In this document: piece after piece, positions 50,115 to 60,779 of the stretch
How positions within the stretch are numbered: the first letter of the stretch is position 1
Layout: every line of letters begins with the position of its first letter
Position numbers and translations under genes: made by a program
The notes under the pieces: generated by a model
Seen by the model: only the letters and a program-made list of their open reading frames with translations
Databases searched by the model: none
What the model was told of the DNA's origin: nothing
NCBI RefSeq assembly: GCF_963921235.1
Contig: NC_086097.1
Span: forward strand, 245,212,001-245,276,000
Reading direction: 5' to 3'
Origin: Mobula hypostoma
Taxonomy: Eukaryota
Length of the DNA: 64,000 bases

Positions 50115-50209
50115 TTCACAGTAACATCACCGATAATGAGGCACCCGTGTAGGTTTAGTTACCGTAGATGTTCACCACAGTGTTTAGAGATGTTTTCCAT
50201 AACATAACC
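50115..50209 (-). pseudogene. FBXL2/FBXL20: FBXL2/FBXL20-like pseudo-exon (first LRR)
   Basis: GYVMENISKHCGEHLR*LNLHGCLIIGDVTV(K) versus GRVVENISKRCGGFLRKLSLRGCIGVGDSSLK; 95 nt; gtaagt donor; TAA at 50159-50161; acceptor reads aa instead of ag. Confidence 0.85.
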
Positions 50210-50396
50210 TTATGGTCAGAGGCCAGAGTTATTGTTTATATTTAAATAACTTTTGTGCTAAGAAATCAAAAATAGATGTAATTCCATTCAATTTTAGTAA
50301 GTCAGTCTTGCAGAAAAGGCCCACTGTGAGTGTCATTAATAAATCAAAAAGACTTTAAAACCATTACAGGTTATAGCTGTACCAACTGTTACAGTT

Positions 50397-50775
50397 GGGT
50401 GGCAGGTTCAGATACGTCTCTACCAAAGGAGGTGTAAGGCACTTCTTCCCTCTGCTATCTTGCAGGTCACCTTTGGGCGAAGTGTAGCACCTGCTTAGCA
50501 CCCCCCCTCCCCCTCCCCAGATCAGGGTCAGGTGAAGCCACAGGAGCAGGTGGTGGATGGTCGTACGAGCAACTGGTGCATATCACAAGTCCTGGTTATG
50601 GAACCACTCATGCCAATCTTTAAAGAGTATTGATAATGCTGGGGTCGCCCATCTTGTAAAGACACTGCTCAGAAGGCGGCAATGGCAAACTACTTCTGCA
50701 GAAAAATTTGCCAAGTGCAATCATGGTCATGGAAAGACCATGATCACCTCCATCATACAACAGGGCACATAACGA
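50397..50775 (+). mobile_element. SINE with RTE-like tail, copy 3
   Basis: Similar to 2488-2873. Confidence 0.7.
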
Positions 50776-51479
50776 ACAAATGAGCAGTTTATATCAGTAC
50801 TTCAATCAAAGGACTTCCACTGAGATCATGTGTGTGAATAAGATGAAACCGAATCTCAAAAAAATATTGACAGCTTTGTGTCATTGTATGGAAAACAAAA
50901 TGTTCCAAAGGAAAAAGAACATGTTAGAAAGCTCCAGAGTTCCCTGTGAGAGGAAACAAACTTAAGCAAATTTAAATCTAAGAAGTTGAAGGTACACAGC
51001 GCTCAATTAATTTAATAACATTTTAAGATGCAGTGAACGTGTGTTATAAATGTAATCATCTAAATGTTGTTGTGCCAAATCTGATCTGTATGAAGACAAG
51101 CTTTTCAAAGTATCTTGTTACGTGTGACAATAATAAACCCCTAATTTCAATTCCAATCTTCAGAGCAGGCCTTGAAGTAAAGCATCACTTAGCAGAAATA
51201 TCAACATAGCCTTTTTTTTTATAAAGCCTTTGGTGGCACTAATTGATTAGGTGTGGTCCTTTGATTTGATAGTAATGATAGTGGGGAAGTGCAAGTCCGT
51301 GGGGTAACAGGAGGCAGTGGAGTGCGATTCTCCTGTTGTTCATTTCTAGCATTCCATGGGTGCCTAGCTTTGAACTGCTGAATCTGTTCTGGATCTATCC
51401 AACCTAGCATGAACAATCGAGGGTGCCCTATTGGAAACAAAGACTTCTACCCATCCACAAAGACTGTGTGGTTACCAAA

Positions 51480-52014
51480 CTCAAACACGAGGAAATCTGC
51501 AGACGCTGGAATTTCAAGCAACACACATAAAAGTTGCTGGCGAACACAACAGGCCAGGCAGCATCTCTAGGAAGAGGTACAGTCGACGTTTCGGGCCAAG
51601 ACCCCGCTAATGCCCCACCTTCCCCTCGTACCCCATCCGTTATTTATTTATTTATATACACACATTCTTTTTCTTTCTCTCCTTTTTCTCCCTCTGTCCC
51701 TCTGACTATACCCCTTGCCCATCCTCTGGGTTTTCCTCCCCTCCCTCTTTTCTTTCTCCCTGGGCCTCCTGTCCCATGATCTTCTCATATCCCCTTTGCC
51801 AATCACCTGTCCAGCTCTTGGCTCCATCCCTCCCCCTCCTGTCTTCTCTTATCATTTTGGATCTCCCCCTCCCCCTCCCACTTTCAAATCTCTTACTAGC
51901 TCTTCCTTCAGTTAGTCCTGACGAAGGGTCTCGGCCCAAAACGTCGACTGTACCTCTTCCTAGAGATGCTGCCTGGCCTGCTGCGTTCACCATCAACTTT
52001 GATGTATGTTGCTG
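51480..52014 (+). mobile_element. Penelope-like insertion with inverted terminal-repeat segment
   Basis: 12-bp TSD GTGGTTACCAAA (51468-51479, 52015-52026); about 51513-51604 is the reverse complement of about 51926-52013; hammerhead motif at 51914-51949 with GAAA changed to AAAA. Confidence 0.85.
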
Positions 52015-53345
52015 GTGGTTACCAAATTGTTATGATTACTTACTTAGGCCCTTAGCTCCAAGTGGAGCATAGACCATTGATAACGTCCCATCTCCATCAT
52101 CCTCTGAAGTTGATATGGCTGGAGTTCACCACCACCTCTGCAATCCACTGCACCCACTGTACAGGGGATTGGCCTAGACAGCTTCACCAGAGCCCTGTTG
52201 GCTGGGCCTACCTGGTTCCACTTCTCACGACAGGGATGTAGGGTTGGACTTTAAGAGGCAAACTGTTATGATCAAATTCATCAGAAATAATTGGGAGTAG
52301 TGGTGTGGGGAAATAAAAGAGGATAAATTTGCCAGATCACCCTTTGCTTTGGTTCTTTCAGCAAGTGCTCCAAACTTTAGGATTCTACAAGCTCAAGAAA
52401 TGCAAATGTTATGGAGCCAGAGATGCTGAGGACACCCACAGGACTTTCTCAGCCTTTAGAAACATAGAAATCTGAAGCACATTTCAGGCCCTGTGGCCCA
52501 CAATGTTGTGCCGACCATGTAACCTATTCCAGAAACTGCTTAGAATTTCTCTACTGCGTAGCCATCTATTTTTCTAAGCTCTGCTAATCTTAAAGCTTTT
52601 TCCAAGTGATGTTCATCATGGATCAGGTCATTATCTGTTGCTGTTTAAGGGAATGCTTATAAAAATACAGGCTAGCATGAATCAGGACCTCCTGAAAGGC
52701 AAAAACTCTGCATTAAATAATACATGTCTTTACTTCTGTATTTTTAAACTGCATACTGATTTTAACTATTCTAAACTCTTGTTCTTGGACAGCCCCTCCA
52801 GGTTCAAAGCAGTCTTCCACTTCAGTGATGTGGGCTCTGAGATGCTTGATCAGGATAAAATAGGATCCACAATCTGCCACAAACAGGGCAAGTGGGGAGG
52901 TGATGCTTCTTCCTGCTTATGCTAGACTTGTGTGTGCTTCCAAATAGGTTTGAGACTCTCTTTGCCATCCTGAAAATTCCTACTCAATCTGAGTAGCCCA
53001 TTGGACACTTTCAAAGTACATTTATTATCAAAGAATGCATGAATTATACAACCCTGAGATTCATCTTTCCATAGGTAGCCACAAAACAAAGAAACACCAT
53101 GGAACCGTTCAAAGAAAACATCAAACACCCAATGTGCACAAAGAAGAGAACAAATCAGGCAAACATAAAAAACAAGCAAAAAGTGCGCAGAATATAAAAC
53201 ATCAAGAACACAGAGTCATTGAAACAGTCTCGATGGAGACTTCTCCATCTATAGAGATGGGAAAAAGGCATCTGTTTGAGGAGTCTAGTGCTTGACATAC
53301 AAATGATATGGCCTGCTCGTTTAAACCAACTGAGTGTAATTAGGG

Positions 53346-55495
53346 TGTAACGCGCTGTAAGGTTTCACTGCTAATGTAATGGCTTCTCTGTAATGTTCCA
53401 CTGCTGAGGTGAATGGTTTCTCTGTAGCAGCAATGTTTGGGTTATGACTAGAGATAATGGGGCATATTAGCCAATGAGTAGGATGTTGTTCTTTCTTGTG
53501 TTTGTGGGAGCCGGGAATTTGCGGTCTTTTGCCGGGGAGAGATGAGGAATGGAGACGCGAACAGAGAGAGTTGGTAGACCACTGGATGGAGTGGACTTGA
53601 AGCGAGGGTCCGAAGGTCAGCGACAATTGGAGGAGGTCGATGGTGGATGACCGGCTTATCAGTGAGCTCCACCGTTGTGCTTTAGACTGTTTCATGAGAA
53701 TGGGCCCTTTTGCTTTTTTTTTGTTTTCTTTACAAATCATATAGAAACATAGAAACATAGAAAATAGGTGCAGGAGTAGGCCATTCGACCCTTCGAGCCT
53801 GCACCGCCATTTATTATGATCATGGCTGATCATCCAACTCAGAACCCAGCCTTCCCTCCATACCCCCTGACCCCTGTAGCCACAAGGGCCATATCTAACT
53901 TCCTTTTAAACATAGCTAATGAACTGGCCTCAACAGTTTGCTGTGGCAGAGAATTCCACAGATTCACCTCTCTCTGTGTGAAGAAGTTTTTCCTAACCTC
54001 GGTCCTAAAAGGCTTCCCCTCTATCCTCAAACTGTGACCCCTCGTTCTAGACCTCCCCAACATCGGGAACAATCTTCCTGCATCTAGCCTGTCCAATCCC
54101 TTTAGAATCTTATACGTTTCAATCAGATCCCCCCTCAATCTTCTAAATTCCAACGAGTACAAGCCCAGTTCATCCAGTCTTTCTTCATATGAAAGACCTG
54201 CCATCCCAGGAATCAATCTGGTGAACCTTCTTTGTACTCCCTCTATGGCAAAGATGTCTTTCCTCAGATTAGGGGACCAAAACTGCACACAATACTCCAG
54301 GTGTGGTCTCACCAAGGCCTTGTACAACTGCAGTAGTACCTCCCTGCTCCTGTACTCGAATCCTCTCGCTATAAATGCCAGCATACCGTTCGCCTTTTTC
54401 ACCGCCTGCTGTACCTGCATGCCCACTTTCAATGACTGGTGTATAATGACACCCAGGTCTCGTTGCACCTCCCCTTTTCCTAATCGGCCACCATTCAGAT
54501 AATAATCTGTTTTCCTATTTTTGCCACCAAAGTGGATAACTTCACATTTATCCACATTAAATTGCATCTGCCATGAGTTTGCCCACTCACCCAACCTATC
54601 CAAGTCACCCTGCATCCTCTTAGCATCCTCCTCACTGCTAACACTGCCACCCAGCTTTGTGTCATCCGCAAACTTGGAGATGCTGCATTTAATTCCCTCA
54701 TCCAAGTCATTAATATATATTGTAAACAACTGGGGTCCCAGCACTGAGCCTTGCGGTACCCCACTAGTCACCGCCTGCCATTCTGAAAAGGTCCCATTTA
54801 TTCCCACTCTTTGCTTCCTGTCTGCTAACCAATTCTCCACCCACACCAATACCTTACCCCCAATACCGTGTGCTTTAAGTTTGCACACTAATCTCCTGTG
54901 TGGGACCTTGTCAAAAGCCTTTTGAAAATCCAAATATACCACATCCACTGGTTCTCCCCTATCCACTCTACTAGTTACATCCTCAAAAAATTCTATGAGA
55001 TTCGTCAGACATGATTTTCCTTTCACAAATCCATGCTGACTTTGTCCGATCATTTCACCGCTTTCCAAATGTGCTGTTATCACATCCTTGATAACTGACT
55101 CCAGCAGTTTCCCCACCACCGACGTTAGGCTAACCGGCCTATAATTCCCCGGTTTCTCTCTCCCTCCTTTTTTAAAAAGTGGGGTTACATTAGCCACCCT
55201 CCAATCCTCAGGAACTAGTCCAGAATCTAACGAGTTTTGAAAAATTATCACTAATGCATCCACTATTTCTTGGGCCACTTCCTTAAGCACTCTGGGATGC
55301 AGACCATATAGTCAGATTAAGAATTATAAAGCTCAATTGTTTAATTGCATATTTTGTACTGTTTGTTATTTCATGGTACTGATTTGTAACGGGGGACTCA
55401 TCGTGCAGCATACACCCAAACGAGATTGCTTAAGTTTGGCCGGGCCGGGGGCTACCACCCCCTATCTTAAGCCGCTAGCCAAACCGGGAGTTACA
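53346..55495 (+). mobile_element. Solo LTR split by a CR1
   Basis: Perfect TGTAAC...GTTACA termini; flanks AGGG and AGTG (3 of 4 match). Confidence 0.65.
53745..55304 (-). mobile_element. Young CR1, uninterrupted RT domain, 5'-truncated
   Basis: 483-aa ORF without stops; CATATAG at 53738-53744 and 55305-55311. Confidence 0.95.
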
Positions 55496-55984
55496 AGTGC
55501 TGGAGCTGTTGACCTAGGGAGTGATGACTGATTGCGCTTGTTGTCAGTGGTTTCAGAGGATATTGCTGTAGGTAGCCCAATGCAGGGTCAAAGAACATCA
55601 TTTCCACAAGTTTGATTCACACCTTTCAGTATTTTGTCTTGTTATTTTGAGGTTTGCTGGACTGTAGATGAGTTAAACTCACTCGAGCAGAGTTAAGAAT
55701 GGAAACTTTAAAACAAAGCTTTTTAAATAATTTGATGGTTCTTAATAGAATATTACTCAAACTGTTTAGCCCAGAAATAAAATGAAGTATTCAGTCTTCA
55801 TTTCTACAGTCGATATATTCTTAATACTTGAAAACATTAACATCTGTGTTTTTCATTCCATTTCTTCTGGCTTCTTAAACGAATCCTTCTTTTTCCTTTT
55901 CCATTTTTCACTCTGAGACATAAGATCAGCTTTTTGGAGAGTGAATCCATGGAAAGCGCCTGCCCCTGATGGAGATTCTGGCTC

Positions 55985-56970
55985 AAGTAACACACACAAA
56001 GTGCCGGAGGAACTCAGCTGGCCAGGCAGCATCTGTGGAAAAAAGAACAGTTGATGCTTCAGGCCAAGAGCCTTCGGCAGGACTGAAGAAAAAAAAAATG
56101 AGGAGTGGATTTAAAAGGTAGGGAGTGGAGAGGGAAACACAAGGTGATAGGTGAAACCGGGAGGGGGAGGAATGAAGTAAAGAGCTAAGAAATTGAATGG
56201 TGAAAGAGATACAAGGCTGGAGAAGGGGGGAGTCTGATAGGAGAGGACAGGAGGCCATGGAAGAAAGAAAAGGGGGGAGGAGCACCAGAGGGAGGTGATG
56301 GGCAGGGAAGGAGATGAGGTGATGGGGAATGGTGAAAGGCTGGGGGTGGGGGGGCACTACCAGAAGTTCAAGAAATCGACGTTCATGTCATCAGGTTGGA
56401 GGCTACCCAGACAGAATATAAGGTGTTGCTCCTCCAACCTGAGTGTTGCCTCATCGCAACAGTAGAGGAGGCTATGGACTGACATGTCGGAATGGGAACG
56501 GGAAGTGGAATGAAAACCCATGTGCGTGGCCACTGGGAGATTTCACTTCTTCTGGTGGATGAGGAGTAGATGCTCAGCAAAGCAATCTCCCTATCTATGT
56601 TGGGTCTCACCGATATACAGGAGGCCACTCGAGGAGTACCAGACACAGTAGATGACCCCAACAGACTCACAGGTGAAGGGTTGCCTCACCTGGAAGGACT
56701 GTTTGGGGCCCTGAATAGTAGTGAGAGAGGAGGTGTAGGGGCAGGTGTAGCACTTGTTCTGCTTGCAAGGATAAGTGCCAGGAAGGAGATCAGTGGGGAG
56801 GGATGAATGGACATGGCAGTCGCGTAGGAAGCGATCCCTGCAGAAAAGAGAAAGCGCCGGGGGGGGCGTGGGAGGAGAGGGAAAGATGTGTTTGGTGCTA
56901 GGATCCTATTGGAGGTGGCGGATGTTCTGGAGAATTATATGCTGCACGTGGAGGCAGGTGGGGTGGAACT
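55985..56970 (-). mobile_element. Penelope-like element: GIY-YIG endonuclease plus terminal repeat (degraded)
   Basis: Minus strand reads FTCESVGVIYCVWYSSSGLLYIGETQHR*GDCFAEHL near 56565-56680; degenerate hammerhead near 56048-56085. Confidence 0.85.
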
Positions 56971-57009
56971 TTCACCATCTCTAACGGCATCCCACCACCA
57001 AACTTGACC

Positions 57010-58850
57010 AGTGACCATTGGGCGTTTGGAATTGATTAGCAAGAGCAAATTAAAGGAAGGCAGAGGCAAGTGCAGCAGCCCCCATCGCAGCGGCTGTCGT
57101 CAGAGTGGACAGGGTCGGAGTGGTGATCTTAGGGCTTTAACTCTTCAAGGTTTCCGCGAAGAGAAGCCTCAGTCAGAGAAAGCAAAGGAAGGATAGGCTC
57201 TAGGTTAAGTTTTTTTTCCTTTCCCTTCTTTATATTTGCTCAGCTGGGACAGTAGGCCAGGCAAGATAGTTGAATGCTCTTCTTGTGGGATGTGGGAAGG
57301 CAGGGAAACCTCCAGTTCCACTGATTATAACAGCGGCAAGAAGTGTATCCAGCATTCGGGAGGCTGAAGGGGTGATAGATCGGGCATATAGAGAGGTAGT
57401 CACACCCAAGGAGCAGGACACAGGAAACTGGGTGACAGTCAGGAAGGGGAAAGGGGTTAAGGAGCCAGTGCAGAGTACCCCCATGGCCATCCCCCTCAAC
57501 AACAGGTATATCACTTTGGATACTGTCAGTGTGTGTGGGGGGGGGGTGTAGGATGACCTTACAGAGGAAAATCACAGTGGTCGTGTCTCTGGCACTGAGA
57601 CTCAGAAGGGAAGGGGGGAGAAGATGCGTGCTGTGGTGATAGGGGATCATGAAGTGTGTGAAGTTACCATAACTAGAGAGAAGGTCCTTGGGAAACTGAA
57701 AGGTCTGAAGGTAGATAAGTCACCTGGACCATATGATGTACACTCCAGGGTTCTGCATGATGTGGCTGAAGAGATCATGGAGGCATTATTAATGACCTTT
57801 CAAAAATCACCAGATTCTGGATTGGTTCCAGAAGACTGTAAAAGTCCAAAGGTTGCTCCACTCTTCAAGAAGGGAGCGAGGCAGATGAAAGGAAACTATA
57901 GGCCAGTTAGTCTGACCTCAGTGGTTGGGAAGATGTTGGAGTCAGATATTAAGGATGAGGTCTCAGGGTACTTGGAGGCACATGATAAAAATAGGCCCTA
58001 GTCAGCATGGTTTCCTCAAGGCAAAATCTTGTCTGACAAATCTGTTGGAATTCTTTATAGAAATAATGGGCAGGATAGACAGAGGAGAATTGGTTGATGT
58101 TGTGTACTTGGATTTTCAGAAGGCCTTTGATAAGTGCCACGTATGAGGCTGCTTAACAAGCTAGGAGCCCGTGGTATTACAGAAAGATTCTAGAAAGGGA
58201 GTCTTCTCCTGTTGGCTGCCAGTGACTGGTGGTGTTCCACAGGGATCTGTGTTGGGACCGATCCTTTTTTAATGCCTTGAATGATGGAACTCATGGCTTT
58301 GTTGCAAAGTTTGCAGATAATAGGCACACAGGTGGAGGAGCAATTAGTTTTCAGGATTTAGAGAGGCTACAGAAGGGCTGGAAAGGGTTCAAAGGAAGTT
58401 CTGGAAAATGATTCCAGGATTGAAAGGCTTGTCATATGATAACATTTGATAGCTCTGGGCCCGTATTCACTAGAATTCAGAATGAGAGATGACCTCATTG
58501 AAACCTATCGAATGGTTGAAAGACCTCGATAGAGTGAATGTAGACAGTGTTTCCTATGGTGGAAGTGTCTAAGACTGGACAACACAACTTCAGAATAGAG
58601 GGGCGCCCTTTTAGAATGGAGATAAGGAGGAATTTCTTTAGCCAGAGAGTGGTGAATCTGTTGAATTCTTTGCCACAGGCAGCTGTGGAGGCCAAATCTT
58701 TATGTATATTTAAGGCAGAGGTTGATAGATTCTTGATTGGTCAGGGCATGGAGGGATATAAGGCAGGAGATTGGGGCTGAGAGGATAAATTGGGGGAGCA
58801 GACTTGATGGGTCAAATGGCTGAATTCTGTCCCTATATTGTATCATCTTA
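57010..58850 (+). mobile_element. Internally deleted CR1 retaining 5' UTR and ORF1 remnants
   Basis: VECSSCGMWE zinc-finger start, IPLNNRYITL, RAVVIGD fused directly to ORF2 EVTITREKVLGKL..DKSPGP; degraded RT and 3' tail. Confidence 0.8.
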
Positions 58851-59474
58851 TTCAAGTTCTGAGGTATAAACATCACTAATAGTAAGTCCTGGTCTGACCA
58901 CAGATAGACCTCTACATCTACCTCTACTTCCTCAGAAAGCCAAAGAAATTCTTCAGGTCCCTGTTGACCCTGACCATTTTTCGTTTATATAGATGCACCA
59001 CTGTATACATTCTAACCAGATGCATCATAGCTTCGCGTGGCAACGGCTCTGCAATAGACGGCAAGAAACCGCAGAGAGTTGTCTCGTTTAGTTGTATATA
59101 TGTAAAGTCAAATGACAATAAACTTGAAATTGAAAGGGTTGGGGAGAAGAGAGAAGTCTGGGGTGGGAGAGGACTTTGATTTTTCTGATTGCTTTCCAGA
59201 GGCAGTGAAGAGCAGACAGAGTCCATACAGGGGTGTTTGGTTTTTGACTGAGCTGTGCCCTCTTCTCATAACTAAATTCAGGGAAAAAATATAGGAGCCT
59301 CAACACACACACCCAGTGATTTAGGAATATTTTCTTCTCCTCCACCACCATCATATTTCTGAGTATTCCATAAACCCATGCGCACTACCTCTTCATTGCC
59401 TTTTTGCACAATTTATTTATTCTGTAATTTATAATAACTTTTATGTCTTTGCACTGTACAGCTGTGACAAAACA

Positions 59475-59870
59475 CCAGGGCTTTACTCTTTGGAGAGAAG
59501 GAGGTTGAGAGGAGACATGATAGAGGTGTACAAGATAATAAGAGGAATAGATAGAGTGGATAGCCAGCGCCTCTTCCCCAGGGCACCACTGCTCAATACA
59601 AGAGGACATGGCTTTAAGGTAAGGGGTGGGAAGTTCAAGGGGGATATTAGAGGAAGGTTTTTTACTCAGAGAGTGGTTGGTGCGTGGAATGCACTGCCTG
59701 AGTCAGTGGTGGAGGCAGATACACTAGTGAAGTTTAAGAGACTACTAAACAGGTGTATGGAGGAATTTAAGTTAGGGGCTTATCTGGGAGGTAGGGTTTG
59801 AGAGTCGGCACAACATTGTGGGCTGAAGGGCCTGTACTGTGCTGTACTGTTCTATGTTCTATGTTCTATG
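59475..59870 (+). mobile_element. CR1 3' fragment, same subfamily as 3684-6480
   Basis: DSQRLFPRAPLLNTRGHGFKVRGGK. Confidence 0.95.
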
Positions 59871-60779
59871 TCATGACATAAGTCAGTGATAATAACCCTA
59901 GTTCTAAAATGCCTTACCAAACATGGTAGAGATATGAAACTAGGTAAGTCACCTTTTTTATGGCTGGATCAATAAAGCCTACACTCTATTGCATCCTTAT
60001 TTTAATACTCATTTATAGCTGGATCTGAATGTTATTCAAATATTTTGAAGTTCCATTAAGGACCTGTTAATAATTAATGAGCACATTAAAAAAGTACACA
60101 TTGAGAGATTTAGCTAGCAAACGCATATTTACAATGAAGTAAGAAATAGAATTAAATATGAGAAATTACTGGACAGACAACTTTATCCTTTTGATCAATT
60201 GCAACTCCTGCATTTTGTTGGGAGGGGAGAGAGAGTTGAGGTTGTGTTCCTAGACAATGGTCCTTATTGTCAATTTCTATAAAGCAAAGTTGCATCATCT
60301 GCTCGTACATGGGTTGAAAATTATATTTCACCTTCCCCCCACCACCACATAAATTCCTTGAGGGTGAATTTTGTTCCTATCTCAAACTTCAGATAATGAT
60401 TTGTGAATATTTCTATCTCTGAACAGCCATAACACAGGGACTCACCTGTTTTTTTTAATCATCCTGCAAAGGAAAGTGAGTTGTAAAAAATACAAGCAGG
60501 TTTGTGAAATAAAGACCTGGATTTTTAAGTCTGTGAAGTGACTGTTTAAGATTATTGCCCTTAACTAGTTCTTCTTTGAAGATAGTTATTTATCTGTAGC
60601 ATCAGCTTCTGAGATCAGTTGCTAACAGGCATTAATTACTTCAAAGAGATTTAACCAGAATCAGAATCAGGTTAGATATCACCAGCATATGTCGTGAAAT
60701 TTGTTGTTTTGTGGCAGCAGTACATTGCAATACATAATAATAAAAAGTTTACATTACAGTAAATGTATATACAAGACCT

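Noticed and set aside
50870..50945. WNIL behind an acceptor-like site, as the preceding FBXL exon (AWNILALDGSNW)
   Set aside because: Only four residues match and the acceptor is not in register.
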